In this document: piece after piece, positions 8,835-19,164 of the stretch
Position numbering within the stretch: the first letter of the stretch is position 1
Layout: the number at the start of each line of letters is the position of its first letter
From: Candidatus Pacearchaeota archaeon
GTDB lineage: Archaea; Nanobdellota; Nanobdellia; Pacearchaeales; GW2011-AR1
Direction of reading: 5' to 3'
DNA length: 59,403 nucleotides
Assembly: GCA_018221305.1 (NCBI GenBank)
Contig: JAAOYK010000062.1
Coordinates: 1 to 59,403, forward strand
Notes under the pieces: model-generated
Seen by the model: only the letters and a program-made list of their open reading frames with translations
Told to the model about the DNA's origin: nothing
The model's database searches: none
Made by a program: the position numbers and the translations under genes

Positions 8835-9695
8835 ATGTTAGAAATGTTAATTAACCCATCAAAGGCAGAAAAACGGCCATGGGAAATGTTTTTTATTGGA
8901 GCATTTTATGCAACAATCTCATTAGTGCTTGTAAAATGGATTTTTTCAGGAGACCCAGTACTATCAAAATATACAGGGATATTAGTTGTAACTTTTTGTG
9001 TCATGTTTACAATCCCTTTCATGTATTATGCGCTAAAAAAAGAAGAAGAAAAAGATTTACATATTAAAGGGTTTGCTAATCTTTTAAAAGAACATAACAA
9101 AGCATTGATCTACTTAATGTTCTTATTCATTGGTTTTATAGTAGCATTTTCGTTTTGGTATATAATCTTTACAGACGGGAACCAAAGTTTTCGTGCACAA
9201 ATTGAAACATATTGTATGATCAATAAGCCTACACATTTTGATGATTGTGTCTCAGAATATGGTGTGAAACGAGTCTCAAGGACTACAGCATTTTTAACAG
9301 CACAAGAAAGAATAGTTAACATTTTTGCAAACAATATTTATGTCCTCATCTTCACGTTAGTCTTCTCGCTGATATTCGGGGCCGGGGCAATATTCATCTT
9401 AGCTTGGAATGCAAGCGTTATATCGGCAGCGATTGGCATATTTTCAAAATCAAACCTAGCCCGGCTGCCACTTGGACTTGCTAGATACATGATACATGGG
9501 ATCCCAGAGATTGCTGCATATTATGTTGGTGCTCTTGCAGGGGGAATTGTCAGCGTTGCTGTTATTAATCATGATGTTCATTCAGAAAAGTTCTGGGTTA
9601 TTTTGCAGGATGCATTAAACCTAGTTATAATCTCTGTTGTTATATTATTTCTAGCAGCATTGATTGAAGTATTCATAACACCAGCACTGTTCTAG
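8835..9695 (+). CDS. SpoIIM/DUF95-like integral membrane protein
   Basis: IFANN..., ILAWNASV, HGIPEI and AALIEVFITP motifs; AGGTGA Shine-Dalgarno just upstream. Confidence 0.8.
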   Translation: MLEMLINPSKAEKRPWEMFFIGAFYATISLVLVKWIFSGDPVLSKYTGILVVTFCVMFTIPFMYYALKKEEEKDLHIKGFANLLKEHNKALIYLMFLFIGFIVAFSFWYIIFTDGNQSFRAQIETYCMINKPTHFDDCVSEYGVKRVSRTTAFLTAQERIVNIFANNIYVLIFTLVFSLIFGAGAIFILAWNASVISAAIGIFSKSNLARLPLGLARYMIHGIPEIAAYYVGALAGGIVSVAVINHDVHSEKFWVILQDALNLVIISVVILFLAALIEVFITPALF

Positions 9696-9737
9696 ATAAA
9701 AACTTAAAAATGAAGAGATTGTTATACGTATGAAAAA

Positions 9738-9884
9738 ATGATAAAATATATATGCACCAACTGCAATTACAGATTTAATGCACAAGAAGCAATTGACTGT
9801 CCTTATTGTGGAAAGGAAAAGATCGAAAAAGAAAAAAATGCTACAGAATTATTAGAAGAGGTGGAACAGATTTTAGGTAATTAA
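9738..9884 (+). CDS. Small zinc-ribbon protein (48 aa; not in the supplied ORF track)
   Basis: MIKYICTNCNYRFNAQEAIDCPYCGKEKIEKEKNATELLEEVEQILGN*; two CxxC motifs; fills the intergenic gap. Confidence 0.8.
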   Translation: MIKYICTNCNYRFNAQEAIDCPYCGKEKIEKEKNATELLEEVEQILGN

Positions 9885-9893
9885 TATAATAAA

Positions 9894-10892
9894 ATGGAAA
9901 TAATACTCTTAATGTCATTGGTGATAAGTTTTTTGGTCACGCTTTTGCTTATGCCTGCTTGGATCAAAAAGTGCAGACAAATCGGTCTTTTGTGGCGAGA
10001 TATGAATAAATACAAACATCCAGAAAATGTTGCGTCATCTGGAGGTTTAATTGTTATCACAGGATTTGTGTTAGGAGTTTTATACTTTGTTGCTTTTCGT
10101 ACATTCTTATTAAACGCAACAAATGGAATAAATATTCAGATCTTTGCAGTATTATCTGTTGTGTTAATCTTTGCAATACTTGGATTTGTTGATGATATTT
10201 TAGGATGGAGTCATGGAGGATTACCAAAAAGAGTTAGACTACTGCTTGCATTTGTTGCTTCAATCCCATTAGTTGTCATTAATGCAGGGACACCATTTAT
10301 TAATGTGCCATTTTTTGGTGAACTTAATTTAGGATTTTTTTATCTTTTGGTAATGATCCCCTTAGCAATAGTGGGTGTTTCAACAACATACAATTTTTTG
10401 GCAGGGTTTAATGGTTTGGAAGCAGGGCAAGGTATTTTGATATTATCCTTTTTGTCCTATGTTGCTTATGTTACAGGAAGTGCCTGGCTTGCTGTAATCG
10501 GACTTTGTATGGTGGCATCATTAGCTGCATTTTATCTATATAATAGAGTACCTGCAAAAGTTTTTCCAGGAGATATATTAACTTATTCTACAGGGGCAAT
10601 GATTGCGATAATGTGTATCTTAGGTAATTTTGAAAAAGTTGCAGTGTTTATTTTCATACCATACATCATAGAAGTTATCCTTAAATTAAGAGGTGGGCTA
10701 AAAAAATATTCTTTTGCCAAACCAAATAAAGATGGAAGTTTAAGCATGCCTTATGACAAAATTTACGGACTTACGCATTTGTCATTATTCCTATTAAAAA
10801 AGGTAAAGAAAAAGGTCTATGAACGAGATGTTGTATATTTTATTTTCGGGATACAATTAATATTTATTATAATTGGATTTTTCTTGATTTAA
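9894..10892 (+). CDS. aglH: UDP-GlcNAc:polyprenyl/dolichyl-phosphate GlcNAc-1-phosphotransferase (MraY/GPT family)
   Basis: DMNKY, GFVDD, YNFLAGFNGLEAG, PAKVFPGD motifs; multi-TM. Confidence 0.88.
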   Translation: MEIILLMSLVISFLVTLLLMPAWIKKCRQIGLLWRDMNKYKHPENVASSGGLIVITGFVLGVLYFVAFRTFLLNATNGINIQIFAVLSVVLIFAILGFVDDILGWSHGGLPKRVRLLLAFVASIPLVVINAGTPFINVPFFGELNLGFFYLLVMIPLAIVGVSTTYNFLAGFNGLEAGQGILILSFLSYVAYVTGSAWLAVIGLCMVASLAAFYLYNRVPAKVFPGDILTYSTGAMIAIMCILGNFEKVAVFIFIPYIIEVILKLRGGLKKYSFAKPNKDGSLSMPYDKIYGLTHLSLFLLKKVKKKVYERDVVYFIFGIQLIFIIIGFFLI

Positions 10893-11000
10893 ACAAATTT
10901 GGTTAGATCTAACACTTTAGAAGAAATACACCATAAAACATTTAAATCGTTTTCTGTAAACAAACATAGAGGGGAGATACGAGTTTTGAAGAATTTGAAC

Positions 11001-11738
11001 ATGGCAAAAAAAATAAAATTTAGCAGGTATAATTATAAGGACATCCGAGGAATTATTAAAAGCAAGCCGAAAAAACTTATATTTAGTTTTATGAATGCCA
11101 ATGATATTTATTGTTTTTCTAAAGACAAAGATTTTCAAAAATCAGTCACAGATCCAAAAATGAACCGTATCACAAGTGTTGATGGTACTACTACAGCGAT
11201 TGTGTTATCTATTAAAAACTTTCAACGAGTTAAAAGATTAACAGGGCCTGAATTAACCGACAAAATTTTTAAAGATCAAGACGTAATAGACAGTAAAAAA
11301 CATTTTTTTATTGGAGTTGATGAATCAGATTTAGTAAAAATACGCGAAAAATACCCATTATTAAAACAAAAAAAGATGTCTGGATATAATCCACCATACG
11401 TCAAAGGAACACATTTCTCAGCACAAGAAGTACAAAAAATGGTTAAAATAATCAATAAATTTAAGCCAGATTTTCTCTGGATCGGTATTGGTTGCCCAAA
11501 ACAAGAAATTCTTGCATATGATCTTTACGACAAAATTAATCCAAGCTGTATATTTAATGTAGGGGCTGCATTGCAATATATACAAGGCACACAAAAACGT
11601 GCACCAAAGTTCTTTCGAAGTCTTGGCCTTGAGTGGTTATATAGATTATTTAAAGAGTTTAAATTAACAAGTAAAAAGTTATGGAATTCTATGATTGGGA
11701 CGATTATTGGGTTCTTTTTAATAAAATTAGATCAGTAG
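11001..11738 (+). CDS. WecB/TagA/CpsF family glycosyltransferase (GT26)
   Basis: VDG, RLTGPEL, PDFLWIGIGCPKQE, VGAA, RAPKF..LGLEWLYRL; start uncertain (TTG 10899 possible). Confidence 0.88.
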   Translation: MAKKIKFSRYNYKDIRGIIKSKPKKLIFSFMNANDIYCFSKDKDFQKSVTDPKMNRITSVDGTTTAIVLSIKNFQRVKRLTGPELTDKIFKDQDVIDSKKHFFIGVDESDLVKIREKYPLLKQKKMSGYNPPYVKGTHFSAQEVQKMVKIINKFKPDFLWIGIGCPKQEILAYDLYDKINPSCIFNVGAALQYIQGTQKRAPKFFRSLGLEWLYRLFKEFKLTSKKLWNSMIGTIIGFFLIKLDQ

Positions 11739-11803
11739 AATACCAAAGTATTTAAAAAAGCGGATTTATTGATATAAGAAATTAAGAACTCCTTGATTAA
11801 AAG

Positions 11804-14713
11804 ATGGATTGGAAAAAATTTAGTAAAGAATCTGTAAAACAAATTAAAGAAAACCCTACATTTTTTGTTATAAGCTTATTTGGGCTTTTTGCATTATTTT
11901 TATTTTTAGTAAATTTGTTCGCTGTTAAAAATCTTAATAGTACTAATTTTATTGCTGTTTTCATAAATAATTTTATTTATCTAGCAAAGACATTAGGCTT
12001 ATCACAAACAACGATTATTTTATTTTGTGTAGCAGGTTCAGCTGCATTAGCTTATTATAAACGTTTTAAGCTTTCAATAACAATACTTTTGTTATGTGTT
12101 GTTTTTATCGGAGTTAATGTAAGGCTAGCTAATCTACCACTTCTTAAAGATTCAACAAATGGTGAATATCTTCCGCTTGCATTAGACCCATTATATTTTA
12201 TGAGGGTTGCCCAAACTAGGCTTGCGACAAATAATAATCTTCCACAATATGATCCGTTAAGGGTATTTCCTGGTGGAAACATTGCATGGCATCCAGAAAT
12301 CATGCCAGAACTTAACGTATTTATTTTCAAAGTAGCCTCTAACTTTATTTCAGGCATTGATATAAGATTTATTGCAGTAATTTCTCCAGTAATTTATTTC
12401 TTTTTTGCAATTCTATTATTTTACATACTAATATTTAAACTTACAAAAAATAAGGGGATAGCGCTGCTTGCAACACTTTTACTCTCAGTTATTCCGGCAT
12501 ACCTTTACAGGACAATGACAGGTTTTGCAGACCATGAATCTATTGGAATGCTTGCATTTTATTTGACCTTTATCGCATTTGTTTACGCTCTTTCAAATAT
12601 TAATAATAAAAAGGTTGGAAAAGTTGTATTTGCTAGCTTTTTTGTTGGGTTAACAACGACATTAACAATAGCAATGTGGACCGGAATTTCGTCAATTTTA
12701 TTCGTTCTATACCCGTTTACATTTTTCTTTGTATGGCTTTTTAATACAAAAAAAGAGTCAAAAGTGTTTGTAAGAAACGGCCTTACGTTCTATATCGGAT
12801 GGATAATATTTACTGTAATAACAGGATTATTTTTTAAATATAGCCCTATGGGCATGCTTAATTTCTTCCTGGGATCTCAATCCATAATCTCCATAGCAGT
12901 ATTAGGATTTATGGTTGTTGATGCCATATTTATATATACAAAACCAAAATTTGTCAAAAAGAATAAAAGATTATTTTATAGTTTAGGTGTTACTATAATT
13001 TTAGGGGTAATAGTTTTGCCAATAATTGGAATAGACCTCGTAGGTATACTACGTTCAAGTATAGTCAAATTTTTAACACCTTGGAATACAAGCAGGCTAA
13101 ACATCACAGTAGCAGAGAACAAGCAACCATACCTTCAGGATTGGATCGGAACTACAGGAAAGGTTATATTTTGGATGTTTATTTCAGGGGCCGTATTGTT
13201 TGGAATTAGACTTGCAAGAAAAATTAAAAACCTAAAAAAATCTACAATATTTTTTATCCTTTATATTTTAATGATTTTTGGAATTGTTTTTTCAAGAATT
13301 TCTCCTACAAGCACATTAAATGGAGAATCTTTTGCAAGCTCCTTGGTATATTTTATACCTTTGATAGCATTTTGGGTGTATTTTTTTAAGATCTATATGA
13401 ATGAGGATTTTAAATTTACAGGAATACAGATGTTTATATTTTCTTGGTTATTTTTAACAATAGTTACGGGTCGTGCAGCTATAAGAATGTTTTTTGCAAT
13501 AACACCTTTTGTGAGTTTTATGGCAGCATACTTTATTATAGGTATATTTGAAGAAACTAGGCGTGCAAAAGATGAAATTTTAAAAATGATTTTAATAGTA
13601 ATATTTACTTTGATCGTCATATTAACGTTTAACGCTACAGCACAAGCTTACCTTGCTACAAGTAATCAAGCAAAAAATACAGGGCCTTCAGCTAATTTTC
13701 AATGGCAAAATGCAATGTCATGGGTACGAACAAATACTGCAGAAGATAGTGTTTTTGTGCACTGGTGGGATTACGGATACTGGGTGCAAACGTTAGGTGA
13801 ACGGGCTACAATCGCTGATGGAGGGCACTTCCAAGGAGCCTACAATGGAGATCATAAGATTGGAAGATATGTTCTTACAAATCAGGATCCAAATGCAGCT
13901 TTAAGTTTTTTTAAGAGTATGCAAACCGACTATTTACTAATTGACCAGACAGATTTAGGCAAATATTCTGCATATTCGTTGATTGGAAGTGATGCTGAAT
14001 GGGATAGAAGATCTGCTATCCCAGCAGCAGTATATGACCCAAAACAGACAAGAGAAACTAATAAAGGCATTGTATTTAGTTATGTACTTAACAGTATGGT
14101 TGATGAAGATTTAGTATACCAAGAAGGAAATTCATCTAAGATATTTATCCCAGGCCCATCTTATGATGTTAGAGGTAATGCTTTTGCTAATGCAGGAATA
14201 TATAAAATTGAAGTTGGGGTAAGTAACAATAGTGTTACACAACCAATGGCAGCATATTATTTTCAAGGACAAAATTATAACCTTCCAGTAAGATATGTTT
14301 ATATTAATGAACAATTATTTGATTTTAAAAAAGGAGTGGATTCTGTAGTTATGGTACTTCCATATTTTAAGACACAAGGCCAAAGCGGAAATCTAGACCC
14401 TTTCGGGGCAATAATTTATTTAAGTCCAAAGGTACAAAAAAGTCTTTTCGCACAATTATATCTTTTAGATGATGCCTTTGGAAAGTATCCTACAATAAAA
14501 TTAGCACATGAGGAACCAGACCAAATGATCTCTTATTTAAAATCACAAGGAGCTCAACTAAACGAGTTCGTATTCTATGGGGGCCTTAGAGGACCTATAA
14601 AGATATGGGACCTACAAGATATCCCTGAAAATATACAAGTTGTTGAGGAATTTTACGAGTACCAACACGAACAGTACGGAATCCTTGATGATAAACAATT
14701 TATTCTAGAATAA
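11804..14713 (+). CDS. aglB: Oligosaccharyltransferase AglB (STT3 family)
   Basis: DPLYFMR, GFADHE, TVAEN, WWDYGYW and DLGK motifs; multi-TM N-terminal part plus soluble C-terminal domain. Confidence 0.96.
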   Translation: MDWKKFSKESVKQIKENPTFFVISLFGLFALFLFLVNLFAVKNLNSTNFIAVFINNFIYLAKTLGLSQTTIILFCVAGSAALAYYKRFKLSITILLLCVVFIGVNVRLANLPLLKDSTNGEYLPLALDPLYFMRVAQTRLATNNNLPQYDPLRVFPGGNIAWHPEIMPELNVFIFKVASNFISGIDIRFIAVISPVIYFFFAILLFYILIFKLTKNKGIALLATLLLSVIPAYLYRTMTGFADHESIGMLAFYLTFIAFVYALSNINNKKVGKVVFASFFVGLTTTLTIAMWTGISSILFVLYPFTFFFVWLFNTKKESKVFVRNGLTFYIGWIIFTVITGLFFKYSPMGMLNFFLGSQSIISIAVLGFMVVDAIFIYTKPKFVKKNKRLFYSLGVTIILGVIVLPIIGIDLVGILRSSIVKFLTPWNTSRLNITVAENKQPYLQDWIGTTGKVIFWMFISGAVLFGIRLARKIKNLKKSTIFFILYILMIFGIVFSRISPTSTLNGESFASSLVYFIPLIAFWVYFFKIYMNEDFKFTGIQMFIFSWLFLTIVTGRAAIRMFFAITPFVSFMAAYFIIGIFEETRRAKDEILKMILIVIFTLIVILTFNATAQAYLATSNQAKNTGPSANFQWQNAMSWVRTNTAEDSVFVHWWDYGYWVQTLGERATIADGGHFQGAYNGDHKIGRYVLTNQDPNAALSFFKSMQTDYLLIDQTDLGKYSAYSLIGSDAEWDRRSAIPAAVYDPKQTRETNKGIVFSYVLNSMVDEDLVYQEGNSSKIFIPGPSYDVRGNAFANAGIYKIEVGVSNNSVTQPMAAYYFQGQNYNLPVRYVYINEQLFDFKKGVDSVVMVLPYFKTQGQSGNLDPFGAIIYLSPKVQKSLFAQLYLLDDAFGKYPTIKLAHEEPDQMISYLKSQGAQLNEFVFYGGLRGPIKIWDLQDIPENIQVVEEFYEYQHEQYGILDDKQFILE

Positions 14714-14730
14714 ATTAATTAAAAATTATA

Positions 14731-15669
14731 ATGAAGAAGAAAAATGTTATTATTGGAGTTGTTAAAAATTATTCCTATAAAAAAATACGCCCATTTGTAA
14801 AATCTTTAAGAGATACTGGATTTAATGGAGATATTGTTCTTTTCTGTAATGAAGTTCCAAAAAAGACAATAAAACAGCTTAAAGCTGAAAAAGTAATTGT
14901 AAAAGAGTTTAAGATAAAATCTCATGAACATTTAATCCCTGCCAAACAAATTGAAAAAATACCGTATGATCAACTCCCGCTCATGAGTTATAGGTTTATT
15001 TTATATTTAGACTTTTTATTAGAAAATAAAGAAAAGTATGAAAATATAATGTTAAGCGACATAGGAGATGTTATTTTTCAAAAAGATCCATTTGATTTTA
15101 ATATTGGAAAAATGAATTGCTTTTTTTTAATGAACTGCCCAATAAAAGAGGCTCCAGCATATGTTTCGTGGTTAAAGAAAGTTTATGGGATAAAGATTTT
15201 TAACAAATTAAAAAATAAAAACATGAGTTGTGCAGGAACGTTTATTGCAGATTATGATAATATGATTAAATATCTTAAACTTATGAAACAAGAAATTTTT
15301 AAAGGAAATGATCAATGTGTACACAATTATATTTGTTATTCAGGGGTGTTAAAAAATATTAAGCTATTTGAAAATGGGGATGTTATTGCTACAGTCGCAA
15401 GTAAACAAGAACTTCAAAAGGCAATAATAGTTAAAAAAAATAAGGTGTTTAGTAAAAAAGGTGAACTTATAAATATTATTCATGGATATAATCGACACAA
15501 AATACTTTCAAATATTTTCGGAGGAAATAAAGAAAGTAAAATCATTAGAAAGCTTAAAAACAGTAAATATATAACACAAAAAGGGAACAGTTTGCGTAAA
15601 AAGCTTTATAAAATACCTTTCTTAGGTAAGAAAATCAGACAATTTTATCAAAATACAATATTAAAATGA
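14731..15669 (+). CDS. Putative nucleotide-diphospho-sugar transferase (GT-A like)
   Basis: PFVKSLR..GF.GDIV, RF..YLDFL, LSDIGDVIFQKDPF and DQCVHNY patterns. Confidence 0.6.
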   Translation: MKKKNVIIGVVKNYSYKKIRPFVKSLRDTGFNGDIVLFCNEVPKKTIKQLKAEKVIVKEFKIKSHEHLIPAKQIEKIPYDQLPLMSYRFILYLDFLLENKEKYENIMLSDIGDVIFQKDPFDFNIGKMNCFFLMNCPIKEAPAYVSWLKKVYGIKIFNKLKNKNMSCAGTFIADYDNMIKYLKLMKQEIFKGNDQCVHNYICYSGVLKNIKLFENGDVIATVASKQELQKAIIVKKNKVFSKKGELINIIHGYNRHKILSNIFGGNKESKIIRKLKNSKYITQKGNSLRKKLYKIPFLGKKIRQFYQNTILK

Positions 15670-16193
15670 AACTACACTTAGGATGCGGGATTGATAAGAA
15701 AGCAGGATATGTAAACATAGACCGGTCTGATCAAGTTAATCCAGATCTGGTCTGGGATTTAGAAGAAACACCCTTACCTTTTGAAGATAATAGTATAACA
15801 GAGGTCGTAGCAAATCATGTTTTTGAACATTTATACAATTTTGTACCTTTGATGCATGACTTAAGAAGAATATGCGTCCCAGGAGCTAAAATCAAGATAA
15901 AAGTACCATTTTATTCTACATGGGGGCAATATAATGATCCAACACATGTAAGATTTTTTAGCCCGTTCACTTTTAACTACTTTCAAAAAGGTAATTATTC
16001 ACATGAAGTTGAATGCAAAGACAATATGTTTAAGATAAATAAGGTTAAAATTAATTTTGGGATCGGACGTGCAAGTAAACTAAACTGGATAATGAATCCA
16101 ATAATTAACCTGCATCATGCCTTTTATTGTAGATTTGCGGCCTGGATTATACCTTCCTCTGAGATTGAATTTGAGCTAGAAGTTTTAAAATAA
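15666..16193 (+). CDS. Class I SAM-dependent methyltransferase-domain protein
   Basis: KLHLGCG, VNID, HVFEHL and DPTH motifs. Confidence 0.85.
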   Translation: MKLHLGCGIDKKAGYVNIDRSDQVNPDLVWDLEETPLPFEDNSITEVVANHVFEHLYNFVPLMHDLRRICVPGAKIKIKVPFYSTWGQYNDPTHVRFFSPFTFNYFQKGNYSHEVECKDNMFKINKVKINFGIGRASKLNWIMNPIINLHHAFYCRFAAWIIPSSEIEFELEVLK

Positions 16194-17012
16194 TTATTTC
16201 TTAGGTATAAGTACTACGTTAATAATTCCGCGTACAGCTATTTCTGAAAACAAAATATTTTTATTTTTATAAAACACGCCTTTATCTGAGCATACACTAT
16301 ATCCTTTTAATGAAAAAATAAAATCAACATAGTCCTTAAGCCCTTCCTCATCTGCTCCGATCTCGGCAATAACATATGGATGGAATTTTTTTATGACTTC
16401 ACGAGCCCCTAAAAGTACTTTGGCGTCAAAACCATCAGTATCAGTCTTTATTAATCTAACATTTTTTATTTTATTTTTCTTAACATATTCATCCAAAGTT
16501 ACAAATTTTACTTTTTCTTCACTAGGGCCTTTTGCTGATTTAAACATAGAATACTGGTTTTGGAAATAGAATTTCTGTGTTCCAGGTTTATCTGAAACTC
16601 CTAGTTTTTCAAGGTTTATATTTTTGAAGTTGTTTAAAAGCAAATTTATCTGCATCCGCTTATTTGCAGAAGTCATCGGTTCAAATGAATAAACAGAACC
16701 CTTATCACCTACAATTCTTGAAGATAATAAAGAATAATATCCAACATTTGCACCAACATCTAAAACCACGTCGCCAGGACGTAGAAACTTCTTAAAAAAT
16801 CGTGTTATAGTGGGCTCATAAAAATCATAATAAATACCACTTTCAACCATATCATTTAACCTTAGCAAAAAATTTATCCCTCTCCGCCTTGCAAAAACCA
16901 CCTTATTTTTGTCCCTTTTCCTATAAAATTTAAACAGTTTTGAAAGAGTTTTTCTAAAGGGCCTACTAGAAGATGCATAATATGATTTTAAGAGAGAATT
17001 CATTAAGGTCAT
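16194..17012 (-). CDS. FkbM family methyltransferase
   Basis: LDVGANVGYYS, VYSFEP, TLDEY, IKTDTDG. Confidence 0.9.
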   Translation of the reverse strand: MTLMNSLLKSYYASSSRPFRKTLSKLFKFYRKRDKNKVVFARRRGINFLLRLNDMVESGIYYDFYEPTITRFFKKFLRPGDVVLDVGANVGYYSLLSSRIVGDKGSVYSFEPMTSANKRMQINLLLNNFKNINLEKLGVSDKPGTQKFYFQNQYSMFKSAKGPSEEKVKFVTLDEYVKKNKIKNVRLIKTDTDGFDAKVLLGAREVIKKFHPYVIAEIGADEEGLKDYVDFIFSLKGYSVCSDKGVFYKNKNILFSEIAVRGIINVVLIPKK

Positions 17013-17140
17013 TTTTAGATTGAGTATTAGATATAAAAAAATTTATGTAAGATCAATTTATAAAGTTATAGGTGATTTATACATTAAATTAGTAATATGC
17101 AAAACATTTAAAATAAAGAGAAAGTAAATTATATGTTATC

Positions 17141-18232
17141 ATGAAAAAGTTAAAAATTTATCTTCAAAAACCCTGGAAGTTTTCAGATTCACCATATTAT
17201 CAGTATTTACGAGAAAATCCTGCAGAAAATGTAATGTATGCTAATATTGAGAATTTTAAGCTAATACAAACAAAGAAAAAATTAAAATTCAATAATTGGC
17301 TAAAAAGTAGTATTAAAAAAGTAATCAAAAACTTTTCTCCAGATTTTCCTAATGCGCATTATACCAAGAATGCAAAAAGGTATGATTTAATACACTGTGC
17401 GCATTGTCTAAGCTTAAACAAAAAGCCGTTTGTTGCAGATATTGAATGGGTTGGACAATTTTGGGCAACAGGAGATGAAAATAAAAAAAAGAGAAAACGT
17501 ATATTAAAAATTTTAATGAGTAAACATTGTAAAAAAATTCTTGCATGGACAAAGTGGTCCTCAGAAGGAGTATTAAAAGTCTTTCCTGAAGTGAAAAATA
17601 AAATGGAGATAGTATACCCTGCAATGCCCAAACAAAAATTTGAACGCAAAAAAACGAAAAATATTCACTTATTATTTTCTGCGAGACGTTTCTATTTTAA
17701 AGGAGGATTACATGCTACTGAAGTTATTGATCAACTCACAAAAAAATATAAACATGTGTATGGCATAATTGCTTCTGATACCCCTAAAGAGGTTCTTGAT
17801 AAATATTCTAAAAATAAAAAAATAAAGTTTTATCCATTACTTGCAAAAAAAAGACTTTTTAAAGAAATTTATCCAAAGACAGACATTTTTGTTTATCCGT
17901 CATATACTGACACTTTTGGATTTCAATTAGTTGAAGCTCTTGCATTTGGGATACCAGTTGTAAGTGTAGACAACTTATCAAGAAACGAAGTTGTAATGGA
18001 TAAGAAAACAGGGTTTTTAGTAAAAAAACCAAAAGTCTGGAAGTATGATACATTAGTAGGTCAAGAAAAAATAGTTAACAAGATATGTGAAAAGACAGAA
18101 ATTCTCATAAAAAATAACAAATTAAGAACCATCATGTCAAAGAATTCATTAAAAGAAATAGAAACTGGAAGATTTTCAATAAAGCAAAGAAATGAAAAAC
18201 TTAAAAGGATATATAATGACGCTTTAAAATGA
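17141..18232 (+). CDS. Glycosyltransferase family 4
   Basis: F..KG, DIFVYPS..DTFG..LVEALAFGIPVV, TGFLV. Confidence 0.9.
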   Translation: MKKLKIYLQKPWKFSDSPYYQYLRENPAENVMYANIENFKLIQTKKKLKFNNWLKSSIKKVIKNFSPDFPNAHYTKNAKRYDLIHCAHCLSLNKKPFVADIEWVGQFWATGDENKKKRKRILKILMSKHCKKILAWTKWSSEGVLKVFPEVKNKMEIVYPAMPKQKFERKKTKNIHLLFSARRFYFKGGLHATEVIDQLTKKYKHVYGIIASDTPKEVLDKYSKNKKIKFYPLLAKKRLFKEIYPKTDIFVYPSYTDTFGFQLVEALAFGIPVVSVDNLSRNEVVMDKKTGFLVKKPKVWKYDTLVGQEKIVNKICEKTEILIKNNKLRTIMSKNSLKEIETGRFSIKQRNEKLKRIYNDALK

Positions 18233-19107
18233 TTATTGTAGAAATTGGTCGAGGGCTTGGAAATGCAATGTATGTATACTCTGCAGCACTTGCCTTAGCT
18301 AAACATCATAAAACAGAACTTAAAATAGATGCGTCTTATGTTAATTGTTGGCCAAGACTTGAAAAATATGGAGGAGATTGGGAGTACAGTTTTGGCAAAT
18401 TTAATGTTTCAGCTAAACGAGCTACAAAAAAAGAAATCAGACAACATATATTTAAAACTAATTTCAGGTTAGTAGACAAATTTTTAAGAAAGAAGAAACT
18501 TTTTCAAAAACGAGTATACACTCATGGAACATATAACCCACGCGAAGAATTATTTAAACTTCCAAACGACATATATCTCTGGGGATATTTTGGTCATCCA
18601 AAATATTTTGATCACATTAAAAATGATTTAAGGCATGAATTTGAATTAAAAGATGACGCAAAACAAAAAATTTTACCTTTAATTAACAAATTAAAATCTG
18701 AAGAATCAGTAGCAATACATGTAAGACGGGGAGATTTAATAAGAATAGGGGCGCTTTTACTAACAAAAGAATATTATGCTAAAGCAGTTAGTATGATAAA
18801 GAAAAAAGTGAGAAATCCTAAATTTTATGTTTTTTCAGATGAACCAGAATGGTGCAAAAAAAATTTTGACTTTGATGTATCAATAGAGTATATTGAAGGA
18901 AACAAAGGTTATGAAGACTTTGAATTGATAAAATCTTGTAAACATAAAATTTTGGCTAATAGTGCGCTTAGCTGGTGGGCAGGATATCTTAGTGATATTA
19001 AGAATGCAATCATTATATCTCCAAGACCGTTTACGCACTGGATAAGTTTAGCAAAACAAGCAGAAGAAATAATTCCCAGAAAATGGATAAAAATCGATGT
19101 TACTTAA
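18229..19107 (+). CDS. Alpha-1,2-fucosyltransferase-like protein (GT11)
   Basis: GRGLGNAMY, AIHVRRGD, FYVFSDEPEW, ANSALSWWAGYL are the GT11 motifs. Confidence 0.9.
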   Translation: MIIVEIGRGLGNAMYVYSAALALAKHHKTELKIDASYVNCWPRLEKYGGDWEYSFGKFNVSAKRATKKEIRQHIFKTNFRLVDKFLRKKKLFQKRVYTHGTYNPREELFKLPNDIYLWGYFGHPKYFDHIKNDLRHEFELKDDAKQKILPLINKLKSEESVAIHVRRGDLIRIGALLLTKEYYAKAVSMIKKKVRNPKFYVFSDEPEWCKKNFDFDVSIEYIEGNKGYEDFELIKSCKHKILANSALSWWAGYLSDIKNAIIISPRPFTHWISLAKQAEEIIPRKWIKIDVT

Positions 19108-19164
19108 AAACATAATTTTTTAAAAAGTAACAATATTTATTAATGGATCATTTTATTAGTGAAT

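Noticed and set aside
7014-9695. Glycopeptide resistance (VanZ), sporulation (SpoIIM) or eIF-2B function
   Set aside because: These are family names only. VanZ-like and SpoIIM-like proteins are widespread membrane proteins, and the eIF-2B-family protein has R15P isomerase catalytic residues.
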